Assembly: GCF_964204645.1 (NCBI RefSeq)
Contig: NC_134030.1
Coordinates: 11,987,947 to 12,051,946 of the forward strand
Length of the DNA stretch: 64,000 nucleotides
DNA from: Tubulanus polymorphus
Taxonomy: Eukaryota; Animalia; Nemertea
Direction of reading: 5' to 3'
In this document: piece after piece, positions 24,440 through 35,999 of the stretch
How the letters are laid out: every line of letters begins with the position of its first letter
Position numbering within the stretch: position 1 is the stretch's first letter
Program-made: the position numbers and the translations under genes
The notes under the pieces: generated by a model
Seen by the model: the letters and a program-made list of their open reading frames with translations, nothing else
Database searches by the model: none
What the model was told of the DNA's origin: nothing

Positions 24440-27400
24440 TTAGCGTTTTCTTTTCTTAATTTTTGACAGTCTAAGTGATTCTATCAGCCGTTTGTCGAGT
24501 ATATTGCTGGCTGGCTCCCAGGACGGTGGATAGTCACCGACCCACTTGACCAAATACTGCCGTTTATTTTTTCGCTTCCGCGATTTTAACAAACACTCTA
24601 CGGAATAAGTTTCGTCATTTTCATCAGTCTGGGCGTTGTCGGGGAAGGTCTGGTCTACCTCACCGATCTGATTTGTTTGCTCCACGTCATCGTCTGACCG
24701 GTCTAGGGGTCTGTCTTTTGGGTGGATATAGGTCTTGAGTCTGTTTGCATGGACTGGGGCCCGCAATACTCTTCCTGCCTGAGTTTTTAGTATGTAGTTG
24801 ACAGGTGATACCTTTTTGGTGACAATGTACGGGCCATGATACGGGTGTAGGAGTTTCTTAGTGAGGCCCTTGATGTTTCTAGAATTATGGAGCCAAACTA
24901 AGTCACCCTCCGCGTACGGTGGTTCGGTGGCCTTAAATCGATTATCGTATTGTTGTTTTGTCTTTTGTTGGGTTTTCTCTAGGTTTAGTTTGGCCCATTT
25001 ACGTGCCTCCGTTAGTTTGATAATTACGTCGTTGATGTATTCATTCGACGATTGAAATTCGTGTTCGGGTGGCAATAGCATTACGTCAATTGGCATGCGA
25101 GCTTCTCGTCCATGCATCAGATAGAACGGCGTATAACCCGTGCTTTTGACAACTGAGGTTCGGTATGCGTGGAGCATAGCAGGAATAAACTCATCCCAGT
25201 CAGTTTGTTCAGAGTTACAAAACATACTTAAGCCTTGGACCAGAGTCCCGTTGTATTTCTCCGTGAGGCCATCAGTACACGGATGATAGGATGACGTACG
25301 CGCCTGATTGGTCCCACAAAGCTCACACAGTTCTCTGACTAGGGAAGATAGGAAATTTTGACCTCGGTCACTAAGGATTGTGCCGGCTGCCCCATGACGA
25401 CAGAAAATTTCGTCAAAAAGTATGCGGCCGATGACTGGCGCAGTTATTGATTTCGTGGGAAACGCTTCTGCCCATCTAGTTAAATAGTCAGTAATAACGA
25501 CGATATATTGATTCCCTCTCTTTGAGCGATGTATTGGGCCCACGCAGTCGATAGCAATTCTGTCAAAAGGCGCTGCAACAGCAGGTATTGGTATCTGCGG
25601 TGCTACCTTTTTGTGTTTTGGTGTTTTTCGGGTAGAACATGGGACACACGATTTGGTCCAATGCAATGTGTCCTCATACATTCCAGGCCAATAGTATTTT
25701 GCTCTAATTTTCTCATATGTTTTTTCAAAACCAAAGTGGCCCCCTGTCACGTCATCGTGGTACGCGGTGAGGATGGAATCCCTTAGCGACGTTGGTAAAT
25801 ATATTTGCATACCGGAGGGATTGCTCCGCCGTTTACGGTTTAACAACCCGTTCCGGTCTACGTAGTAAAATTCCGAACTCAGGATCACTTCTCTAGCTAG
25901 GCTGTCATCGGCAGGAAGCTCGCGAGATACTAGATAGTTTATAAGGTCGCAGGACCTAGGATCGTCTCGTTGAGCTTGAAATATTATAGGGATTTGGTCG
26001 TCCAATATACGGGTTGCCCCAGTATCTAGTACTGGTTCGGATTGTGAATCGGGATTGTCCAGTGCATTCACATATTGTCGTCTAGACAGGGCATCGGCAT
26101 TGCAGTGTACGCGGCCAGCTCTGTGGACTATCTCCATGTCGTATTCTTGAAGAGCTAAGGCCCAACGACATAAGCGACCCTGGGGTTCCTTCAGTGTCAT
26201 GAGCCACCTTAGGGCGTTGTGGTCGGTTACGACTCTGAATCGGCGCCCATGGAGGTATGGTTTAAATTTCTTAATCCCCTCCATAATTGCGGCCATTTCG
26301 CGTTGCGTCGTATCCCAGTTCTTTTCGCGGGGTAGAAAATTTCGTCCACCGTAGGCAATCACGCGTTCGTTGCCGTCAATACGTTGACACAGAACCAGAC
26401 CGATCGCGGTCGCGCTTGCATCAGTGTGTAGCTCGAAAGGTTGGTTAAAGTCCGGAAAGGCTAGGACTGGAGGACTCGTTAGCCTGACTTTGAGCTCTTG
26501 GAATGCTCGTTCGCAGTCCCCGTTCCACTCGAACTTAGCATTTTTTCTGGTGAGTGCGTAAAGTGGACTACATATTTCGCTAAATTTTTCAATAAACCGA
26601 CGATAGTATGTCGCTAGACCGACAAAGGCTCTAACGTCTTTCAATGTTGTGGGGACTGGGTACTCGTTTATTGCTCGACATTTCTCTGGGTCAGGCTGGA
26701 TGCCTTCACCACTGATAATATGGCCCAAATACAAAACGCTGTCGAGAGCAAAATGACATTTATCGGGTTTTAACGTAAGGCCCGCATCTCGAAATCTCAT
26801 AAAAATCTGTTCAAGGTGAATTAAATGTTCCTCAAAAGTTCGTGAAAAGACGACGACATCGTCTAGATATATTAAACAGATTTTCCAGCTTAGGCCTCGG
26901 AGCACATTCTCCATCAATCTCTCAAAGGTGCCTGGACTATTGCACAAGCCAAATGGAAGACGATTGAATTCGAATAGGCCCCTGCTACAAGCAAAGGCGG
27001 TAATCGGCTTGGATTCCTCGTCAACTTCCACTTGCCAATATCCTGATCTTAAATCAAGAGACGAGAAATATTTTGGTTGTGTCGCACCGAGGCTATCGAG
27101 AATATCGTCGCACCTAGGCATTGGGAATGAATCTTTGCGTGTGATGGAATTTACTTTACGGTAGTCAACGCAGAATCGTGTTTGGCCGTTTTTCTTTTTC
27201 AGCAAGACGACCGGGCTACTCCAGGGGGAGTTTGATTCGCGTATGATATCTGCCTTGACCATTTTGTCAATCTCATCTTCTTCTATTTTCCTCATTTCTG
27301 GGGTTCTACGGTAGGCTCTTTGTCGAATCGGTGGGTGACCCTGAACGTCAATATGGTGTTTGATTAATGAAGTGTGGCCTAACTCACTGTCGTCATTCGC

Positions 27401-28634
27401 GAAAACGTCGCGATATTCGCTAAGTAGGTTTGTCAGTGTCTGTTTCTCGCCTTTCGTCAGCTTGGCGTCGCTCAAGTCCACGTTTGGTGGGTCTAGGTTT
27501 GGCTTACCGTTTCTAGTACTTATGTGGCACATATTGCATCTTTCCTGGCTGACTGGCGGGGTGTCAGTTTCTTCCAGGGTTGAGTGAACTTGGAACGACT
27601 CAGTCGACAGGTGCCCCAGCGTTGTACCCTGGAACAGCTGTATAGGATTGACCGTAGGGTTACAGATTCGAAAAGGGGACAGTTTGGTTCTTTACTAAGG
27701 CGATTATTTTAGCCCCGATTAAGTTCGACTTTTGTAATTGTGTACTTGGGTCTATGTAGCACTCCGTGTCATCTCTTATTCTGTCGACGACTTAAGCAGG
27801 GATAACTATCTCAGTGAATGGCGGGACGACTGTCGTCTCTTGAATGCAAATTTTAGTGTCACTAACTAGGTCGAACTGTCTCTGCAATGATAGTGGTCTA
27901 CTCCCTGGAAATTGAATGGTTCCGACCCCCAGGTCCAATATAGCGTTGTGGGATGTAAGAAAATCCATACCTAAGATGACATCATAGGCCAACCCTGAAG
28001 CTACGTGAGCGTCAATCGGAATGCCTATGTTACCAATATCCAGACTGAAACTTATTTTCCCTAACATTTTAATCGGCGAGCCATTGGCTGAATGGACATT
28101 GCGACTTGTGGGCAGGTCCAATTGTTTACCCTTGAAAAAATCCAAAAATCTAAAAACATTTTCACTTATGACAGTTATCTCGCTTCCACTATCTACGAGG
28201 ACAGTGACAGTGTTAGTGCCAATTTTCCCATGCACTGAGTTAGCTACTGAGGCCAGAATTGTCTTTGGTCTATCGGCATCAACCGTCGGATTACGGGCAA
28301 CATCTGAGTCGACTGGCCCCAAGATCATATCAGGGTCTCTCGGTGCATTCCGTACATTAGCTACAGAATCTTGAAGTAGAGTCCGGTAAAATAATAGACT
28401 AGAATCTAGTTTAGACATTTGCGAGGACACGTAAGATAAAGCATATTTCGATTTCGAGTATAAGTATGTAGTGAGTATATATGAATAAGATATAAATAAT
28501 GATGCAGTATATATGACAAATATGTGTGTCCATCCGAACACTGTTACACAAGATAATTTCACAATGTTAATCATACAATATAAGAAAACCAATAAGTAAA
28601 ATTGACCATTCCCGAATAAATTTCTCTCGGGCTC
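24440..28634 (-). CDS. pol: Pol polyprotein (protease, RT, RNase H, integrase, chromodomain), broken by a stop at 27792 and a frameshift near 27670
   Basis: VLVDSGS protease; RFCVDYRKVN, LPFGL, YLDD; TDAS and TDHNAL; HHCC, SDRGQNF, GPY; chromodomain YLVKWVGDYPPSWEP. Confidence 0.93.
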
Positions 28635-28659
28635 TTAAGGTATCTGGCGTAGGATTTAG

Positions 28660-28710
28660 ATTGGACAGCCCGAATGAACCCACATTTAGACGGGCTTCAC
28701 TTAGTTTCCC
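28660..28710 (-). promoter_or_regulatory. putative -1 ribosomal frameshift signal at the gag end
   Basis: G GGA AAC heptamer in the gag frame directly before TAA, followed by an AGCCCG...CGGGCT stem. Confidence 0.6.
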
Positions 28711-29933
28711 CGCTTCGTCGAATACACGTTATCTGTCAGCGCACCCCGTGGTTGGTAGTTTTGATTTCCGGGATTATGATAGTTCGTAGGGCGCCCACGA
28801 CGCGATCGAAAATCACGCCCATCTCTACAATAGGTCGCCGTGTGACCGACACGATTACATCGGCCACAAATAGGATCACCCGAGGTCGTTCGCTGGTTCC
28901 TGTACTGATCAGGAGGACGAACGTTCTGGGGAGGTCGTTGGTTGCGCATTTCCCTCACCTCGTTTCTCAGGGAAGCGATCTCATCCCTTAAAGATTGGAC
29001 TAGTGATTTATCGTCAGACATGGCTGCGACGGTTGCTGGCGGATCAAGCTGGTTAATTAATTCAGCCGTCAGTGCGTGGTTCACAGCCTCGTCCACATTT
29101 TTAGGGTGCTGTGTGATGACGAATTTCCTAATATCGGACCGTAGACCAGACATAAAAATATGAAGCCGAGAAGCGGCAGGAGTACCCAGTTTAGTAAATT
29201 TAGAAGTCAGGTCTTGAGAATAGGGGCGGACTGGCTCGTGGGGACCCTGCTTTCGGCCAAGAAGTGCCTGCTCTTGTACCCAGTACAAATCTTGAGGATC
29301 TAGCTTCGTTTGTAGCCCCGCCTTAATAACAGAATATGTAGGGGGGTCCGGACCAGAGTGCTGGGCCATTACATCGTCATAGTGGTCGCGTGCAACACCT
29401 GTCAAATAGGCTGGGAGTGCGGCGGCCTTCATGTCGCTACCCCAATTATTCAGCACGGATAGGCCTTCAAAGTCTTTTATGAAACGAGAAAAATCCTCCG
29501 AGGCCGATCCAGAAAATTTATCTAACTTCGGTGGCTGGAATGTGGGTCTCTGAAGACGGTGCACAATTGAGTCGATAGACCGTATATATGGTTCGGCCTC
29601 ACGAGCAGTAGTTGGACTCGGTACAGAACCTAAAGGGGATTGCGGACTCGGTGATCGGGGCCGTGGTCCTGATGGAAACGGGCCGGTTGGACCGAGCCGA
29701 GAGATGGCCGTGCGAGGAGTACTCGATGAGAAGTGCACCGCTGTTTCGACATTAGAGGGAGATGTTACAGCCGGGAGGATCTCCCGCGTAATCGCTGCGG
29801 GTCGGACAGTGACCGTCCCCGAGTCAGTGCTACTGTCGCTGGTACCGGTCGATACATTTGTCACCTCCATGATAAAAATATAGGCAACGTGGATAGGTTC
29901 AAAGTAATATAGGTACCAAAAATATAGACACAA
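28701..29933 (-). CDS. gag: Gag (true start probably MEVTNV at ~29870)
   Basis: Capsid-like FSG...YLTGVARD...FMSGLR region; CCHC knuckle CGRCNRVGHTATYC. Confidence 0.88.
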   Translation of the reverse strand: MCLYFWYLYYFEPIHVAYIFIMEVTNVSTGTSDSSTDSGTVTVRPAAITREILPAVTSPSNVETAVHFSSSTPRTAISRLGPTGPFPSGPRPRSPSPQSPLGSVPSPTTAREAEPYIRSIDSIVHRLQRPTFQPPKLDKFSGSASEDFSRFIKDFEGLSVLNNWGSDMKAAALPAYLTGVARDHYDDVMAQHSGPDPPTYSVIKAGLQTKLDPQDLYWVQEQALLGRKQGPHEPVRPYSQDLTSKFTKLGTPAASRLHIFMSGLRSDIRKFVITQHPKNVDEAVNHALTAELINQLDPPATVAAMSDDKSLVQSLRDEIASLRNEVREMRNQRPPQNVRPPDQYRNQRTTSGDPICGRCNRVGHTATYCRDGRDFRSRRGRPTNYHNPGNQNYQPRGALTDNVYSTKRGN

Positions 29934-30097
29934 TAGCTAGTAACCCGAAAGCAAGACGATATCGACTAGACAAAAAAACAGTGATCATTAGCTAGGACTG
30001 CAATAAATCAAAATCATTAGCGGTAGAGCACACGCTTGGTAACAGCAAGAAAGTGTCTGAAATAAAGAAACTGATAGTTAGAAAAAATAACACTCAC

Positions 30098-31003
30098 CGG
30101 TTTTGTTGTTATAACCTTTTTTATTTTATATATTTCCCTAGTAAAATTTCGATCGTATCCTTTGTCAAATATCTTTTTATACTTAGATATTCTAACATTT
30201 TGGCCAACTTTAAATTTAGGTTCACCAAAATCATCTACAAGAAATGCTCCATATAAATTATTCCAAACAATTTCAGCATTTTCAGATTTTCTAGCATCAA
30301 TAGGTTTCATTCCAATAGAAGAATGATAAGAATTATTATATCCTTCTATCAATTTTGGTAAAATATCAATCCATTTAAAAGTATTATTTGCTGTAAAATA
30401 TTTCCACATTCTTGTTCTTAATGTTCTATTAAATCGTTCAACAACTGCTGCTTTTTTATCTGATTTTGTTGAAAAATATTTAATATTATGATTATCTAAG
30501 AGTTCATGAACAAGTGAATTATCAAACTCTTTTCCATCATCAAATTGTATTTTTTCTGGATTTAGTTTATCATCCGAAAGAAATTTTCTTAAAACATTTG
30601 ATGTTTGTACAGCATCTTTTCTATAAAGTGGGAAACTCCATACATAACGACTAAAAATATCAATTATATTCAATAACCACCAATAATCATCATTATCTTT
30701 CTTAACATTTTTCATATCAATTAAATCTCCTTGCCACTGTTGATCTACATAACTTACCATAGTTTTACGAGTTTTATATTTTCTAACAATTTTTTTATGT
30801 GTTGTATATGTTGGTTGTTCTAACATAAATTCATTTATATCTTTATATTTAACTAAATTTTGTGGGATTATCTTATCTAATTTATCTTGTTTTACTTTAC
30901 GCCATATATTTTTAGTAGAAGAATAAGCAACCGAACTCTCAGGGTTGTAATATAAATTTCTTAAATATTGTTCTTTAGTATTAGGAGTTTTTTTACCACT
31001 CAT
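30098..31003 (-). CDS. Polinton rve integrase, C-terminally truncated
   Basis: QWQGDLIDM, IIDIFSRY, QFDDGKEF, VVERFNRTL; integrase similarity ends at TTKP (30098). Confidence 0.9.
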
Positions 31004-31033
31004 TTATATATCCTTAATTTTAACTTTATATTT

Positions 31034-32281
31034 CTAATATTGAATACTATCTAATTGTGAATTTACAATATTTAATTGTGCGTCAGATATAATATAAATG
31101 TGCATTTTGAAATTTAAACTTCCTTTTTTCTTTTTCATAAATAATTGTATTCCATCTTTTGTATTCTGCAGCTTTTTCCCAGAACTATGTAATAAGTTAT
31201 CTTCAGTTGTTCTAAAATCTACCCATAATGCAAATTTATTACCGGTATAATAGTCAATTTGATTAATATTACAATTTTTAAATGATTTTATTTTTTCATT
31301 CATAAAATGTTTTTTAATTTCTACCCATTGAAATATCATTCTCATTCCTTGACAAAATATTTTATTTGCTATTCCTTCGATAGTTATTTCTACTTTTGTT
31401 ATTTCAGGATTATAATAATTGTCAACATTTATTGCACCATTAGTATACGTTCCAATGGTAAAAAATATTAATATACCTTTAATAGATCTTCTAGGGAAGT
31501 TAATATTCTCATTAATTATTTCATCATTTGCATTAATAGTTACAGTTTTAAATTTATCAATATAATCATATAATAATGAAAATCCTTGATTGTATTGAGT
31601 TTGAATTGTGCTAGCAATATTTTCATTAGTTATTGTGTTATATTCTAAACATATATTCGATAATTTATAACTCATATCTTTAACAACGCTAGATAATACA
31701 ATTTCATTTACAGGAGCAAATGTTATCTCAAATATAATATCTTCTTGAATTGCGTATTTATATAAAGGTGCATTATTATTTATCAATTCAAAGTCTAATG
31801 GAATTTTATATTTGCTTCCATAAATCTTTTTAATCAAATTGTCTGTGGCACGAGTTACTACTGCATTATTGGCTTCAGATCTTAATTTATTATGGTTTTC
31901 CGATTGGATGCCTTGAAATATCATATTATTTCTATTTTCTTTAGTTAACCATAAATCTTTATAATGCATAAATAAATTATAATCATCTAATGAGAAAACT
32001 GTTTCCGGACCAATCTTTATAGTTAATTTTTTAATTAAATATCTTCCAACATTATCAACAACATAATTGTTATCATGGCCAGTTACTTTTATATCGGCTG
32101 ATAAATAAATACTGTTTGGAACATAAAAAGTATTTTGTGTTAATCGAGGGATTCTAACGTATAAAGTTTCATCGGGATTAATATTTGAAGGGTTATGAGT
32201 AATTATATGATGTGATCTTTCTGCTTTAATAGCATTAGATATTCTATGATTCTTCGAAGGACTTATATAACTCCCACTCAT
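31034..32281 (-). CDS. major capsid protein (double jelly-roll), intact 415 aa
   Basis: Size, beta-rich pattern (KIPLDFEL, FPRRSIKGILIFF, LWVDFRT), position next to the integrase and strong conservation between copies. Confidence 0.75.
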   Translation of the reverse strand: MSGSYISPSKNHRISNAIKAERSHHIITHNPSNINPDETLYVRIPRLTQNTFYVPNSIYLSADIKVTGHDNNYVVDNVGRYLIKKLTIKIGPETVFSLDDYNLFMHYKDLWLTKENRNNMIFQGIQSENHNKLRSEANNAVVTRATDNLIKKIYGSKYKIPLDFELINNNAPLYKYAIQEDIIFEITFAPVNEIVLSSVVKDMSYKLSNICLEYNTITNENIASTIQTQYNQGFSLLYDYIDKFKTVTINANDEIINENINFPRRSIKGILIFFTIGTYTNGAINVDNYYNPEITKVEITIEGIANKIFCQGMRMIFQWVEIKKHFMNEKIKSFKNCNINQIDYYTGNKFALWVDFRTTEDNLLHSSGKKLQNTKDGIQLFMKKKKGSLNFKMHIYIISDAQLNIVNSQLDSIQY

Positions 32282-32325
32282 TTATTTAACAAAAAAATTA
32301 ATTATTTATTTTTTGATATCATGGT

Positions 32326-33756
32326 TTACTTGATATTTTTTGATATCATATTCACTAAACCAAAAATAATAGCACTTACAACTGTAATTAAAAATAAAAT
32401 AATATGTTCAGCAGCAAAGTTAATAATGTTTCCTGCAGATTTCAATATAAAACCAACAATTGATGCAATAACTCCTGGCAATGCTGAAGCAGATTTTTTA
32501 GATAGTTCCCATAAATATTTTGCTAATTTCTTTAAACCATCCTTAACTTTATCTTGTATAGAATTATTTCCTGGAGGTTTATCTGGTTTATTGGGAGTAG
32601 GAGTAGATTTTAAAGCATTTGATATTGCTAAACCAATTGTTGTAAATAACATAGTTACAGCTGTTAGAATTGAGAGAATTGTTATTCCTTCTAATTTAAA
32701 TAATAACTTCATCCTGTCTTTTAATGATATTTCAGAATTTGGTTTAATCAACAAATCTTTAAAAATAACTTTTAATCTATTAATATTATAATCATATGAT
32801 TTTAACAATAATTTAATTTCTTCTTTTTGTAATTCTATGTTATATTCTAAATCATCTTTTTCTTTTTCTAAACGTAATTCTTTTTGCCTATATTCTATTT
32901 CATCAATTACTTGATGATCTAAATCAGACTTTAATTGTTCTATTTCTTTATTTTTATCAGTTAATTCTTTTTCTAAAGTTCTAATTTTAAAATCTCTTAT
33001 ACTTTTATTATGTGCAATTTTATCAGATGCAAGTCTTATACTAATAATTTCTCTAATTGCTTTATCAGAAAATATATCTAAATCTTCTAATTCTTGATCT
33101 GTTGCATCAAGTAATCCATTCGGTAAAAGTTTTTCAATTGGAACTTTATTTGATTTAAGTTTACTATTTTTGGAAGTTATATTCTGTTCAGAAGTTGTTT
33201 CTGTTTCTGATTTCTTTTTGATTATTTCAAATAATTCATTAATTCTTTGTTTAAATACATCTATATCATTATCAGTTAATTCTTGTTTTATAACATCAGT
33301 TATTTCATTACTATTACTTATTATTTTAATTCTATCTGGATCTAATTTTCTCAAAGTTGATTTCGCTATTATTTTATTTCTATAAGTGATATCAATATAA
33401 TAATCACCTTTCAAACGATAATAACATTTACCATTATCTAAAAATTTTAATTGATCTGCTAAAAGTCCAACGTCTTTATCATTTATGTTAAAATTAGATT
33501 TTTCAATTAAATCTTCTAATTTAGGTATTTTGTTTAAATTATCTAAATCTTGTTTTACTAAATCTGGGTCTAAATTTTCAGGATTTAATTGTGATTCAGC
33601 ATTTTTAATATAATCAGGCATATTCAAATTATTATTATATTCTGGTTCATTACCATCATTAAAACTTGTTTCATCAAAATCATGTGGTTGTTCATCAGTT
33701 ATGTTAGGTTCATCAAAAGGATCCATTCCAATATCTTCTACACCTTCTACATCCAT
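32326..33756 (-). CDS. coiled-coil protein with two C-terminal hydrophobic regions (476 aa)
   Basis: Intact ORF with TAAATG start; homolog in copy A. Confidence 0.7.
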   Translation of the reverse strand: MDVEGVEDIGMDPFDEPNITDEQPHDFDETSFNDGNEPEYNNNLNMPDYIKNAESQLNPENLDPDLVKQDLDNLNKIPKLEDLIEKSNFNINDKDVGLLADQLKFLDNGKCYYRLKGDYYIDITYRNKIIAKSTLRKLDPDRIKIISNSNEITDVIKQELTDNDIDVFKQRINELFEIIKKKSETETTSEQNITSKNSKLKSNKVPIEKLLPNGLLDATDQELEDLDIFSDKAIREIISIRLASDKIAHNKSIRDFKIRTLEKELTDKNKEIEQLKSDLDHQVIDEIEYRQKELRLEKEKDDLEYNIELQKEEIKLLLKSYDYNINRLKVIFKDLLIKPNSEISLKDRMKLLFKLEGITILSILTAVTMLFTTIGLAISNALKSTPTPNKPDKPPGNNSIQDKVKDGLKKLAKYLWELSKKSASALPGVIASIVGFILKSAGNIINFAAEHIILFLITVVSAIIFGLVNMISKNIK

Positions 33757-33773
33757 TTATATAATAAAAAAAA

Positions 33774-34665
33774 TTAAAATTTAAAATATAATATTCCTCC
33801 TATAACAATTCCTATACAAGTTATAGGTAATTTAGTATTTTCATGGAATTTATTATTATTATCAGTTTTAATTATATCATGTTGAATATTATCAGTTTTA
33901 ATATCACTGTGTGGGTGCCGTACGGCACCATTTTCTGTAGTATTGTAATCTTTTATTTTGGAATCATTACCCAATTTAATATTCTTAGTTTTAGTTTCTG
34001 TTGATTGAATATGTTTTTTATTTTTTTCACCTTCCATTAATTTTGGAGCAGTTATAATCTTTTTATTTATATCATTTAATCCAAATGAATTATTTATTGT
34101 TGCAGTTTTAATTAGATTATTATAACCAATTATGTTTCCCATCTTTAATACTAAATCATTAGAAATAATTAATAGATTAGGACCTATACAATAATTAAGT
34201 CTTACATGAGATTTATCTAAATAATTTTGATATCTTATAATGTTTTCTGGAATCGATCTATTTTTATCATTATGTATGGAATCTTCAAATAAAACTTTGA
34301 ATTGTTTCTGCGCATCGAATGAAGTGTTATCATTTCCAATTATTTGGGATCTTGTTTCAACTTGCGCACCTAAAATACATATCAAATAAATTCTAATAGA
34401 TTGATTTATTCTTTGTATACCTGATTTTGTAAAACCTTCACCATTTTCTAAAATGAAATTAACCCAACCATTATTATTATCAATTTTATAATTATGATAA
34501 GCTCCAATTCTATGCATATAATCAATTCTTTTTATTTCATACTGTTCACCAACACCTTGCAATTTACCATGCGCTCTAAAATCGGAATTAATATTTATAT
34601 TAAATTCATTACATATTTTATAAAACTTGGATATATTAATATTATTATCCAATTCTTTAAAATAT
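33774..34665 (-). pseudogene. C-terminal part of the YWQNQL-motif Polinton gene
   Basis: Near-identical to ~4870-5731; the 5' part was removed by a deletion. Confidence 0.75.
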
Positions 34666-35914
34666 AATGTTCATTTTAATCTTTTTTGTAATATAACAAA
34701 TCTATAGCATTTTCATCATCATAATATTCTGTTGAATATAAAGCTTCCAATGTATAATCTTTAATATTTTCACCTTTTGTCTTTGGTAATTGCATTAATT
34801 CAAATACATTTATTTTTAAATTATTAATTTTTTCTATTTTAGGAATCATTTTTATAGTTACTGGATATTGATCAATTTTATATAATGTTTCATATTTCCG
34901 ATAATCTGTTATTCTACAAACATTTTCCTGTGTTGGATGTAAGCAACTAATAATTGACCATAGAAAACATTTATTATCTTCATTTTGAATATTTATTACT
35001 GCTTTTGTTGTAAACGGTAATTTGATATAACTTGATGCTTTCATATCTTTTTCTGTTATAAAGTTTGAATCATTTTTAAACATTTTATTACTTTTTGATG
35101 TTTTATTCCTTTTTGTATTATAAACATTTAAATCTAAATATATAATTTCGTTCAATGTTAAGCCAGAACCCTCAAAATATCTTTCTTCAATATGACGTTT
35201 AAATTCATTTAATATTTTTTCTAACTTCTCTTTTATTTGTGTTTTTGAAATTATTTCTTCAGAGAGTGTTTGAATATTATAATCCATTTTTTCTTCTGAC
35301 TTTATAAAACTTACTTTCCCAGAGATACTAATTTTTGGATATTCAACATCTGTTATCAAATCTAGTATTTTTTCTATTATTTCATTAAATTTACTATAAT
35401 CTTCTATTGTTGTACCTTTAAAAAATCTAAATATAATAGCTGCAGGACCAATTTTACTATGTAATGTTTCTAAAATTTCAATTGTATCTTTTATTTCTAG
35501 TGAATCAATATAATTTCTAACATTTTCCATGTAAGGTTTATTTGAAATGGATTTAGTTTTTGAAGTTGATTCTTTTACTTGTTGAGGTTTATTATCAAAA
35601 TATTCTAATCCTAAAACATTTTTATTTAAATTTTTATAATGTTTTTGTGATTCGAGATGTCTATTATAATTCCTTTTTACTATAAATTCATTACAAACTT
35701 CACATTTTATTTCATCCACATTCATATTTTCTAATCGTTCTTTTCTTTCATTGGAATTTTCTGGAGTTTCAAAATCTATAACATTTTTTATATGATTTGA
35801 AGATTTTTCATGTTTAGATTTATTAGATTTATCGATGTATTTTTTACAATATTGACAATAATATTGATTTTTATTGACATTATTGTTTTCTAGTTGGTGT
35901 TCATTCTCCCCCAT
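34666..35914 (-). pseudogene. pPolB N-terminal region (zinc fingers plus terminal-protein-like domain), truncated
   Basis: Two C2H2 fingers, then EGSGLTL and SSYIKLP...INIQNEDNKCFLWSI...LHP, typical of the Polinton pPolB N-terminus. Confidence 0.75.
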
Positions 35915-35999
35915 TTATTAGGAAAAAAAATTACTTGTGGTGATGAGTGGTGTCTCGTACTCTCGTACTCTGATCTGAAACCCCACTTTTCTAATTACT

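Larger units (their letters stand above)
19385..30097 (-). mobile_element. Ty3/Gypsy (errantivirus-like) LTR retroelement with env; 5' LTR missing
   Basis: gag-pro-RT-RH-IN-chromo-env order, PPT and 3' LTR present; the 5' end abuts the Polinton C integrase. Confidence 0.9.
30098..35999 (-). mobile_element. Polinton copy C, internally deleted and truncated inside the integrase
   Basis: pPolB N-terminus, YWQNQL-gene C-terminus, 476-aa gene, MCP, integrase; candidate terminus AGTAAT at 35999. Confidence 0.85.

Noticed and set aside
27530-27800. Programmed recoding between protease and RT
   Set aside because: A stop plus a frameshift beside homopolymer runs is more simply decay or sequencing error; the same caveat applies to other single indels in the window.
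22872-29163. Plus-strand ORFs opposite env, pol and gag
   Set aside because: Antisense shadows with no motifs.
30017-30097. C-terminal tail VSVIFSNY... of the 328-aa integrase ORF
   Set aside because: Read-through into the Gypsy leader, not integrase sequence.
24152-31003. In-frame integrase-Env fusion protein via splicing
   Set aside because: The donor is phase 0 and the env ATG lies 28 nt into the exon, so the integrase frame stops after ~20 codons.
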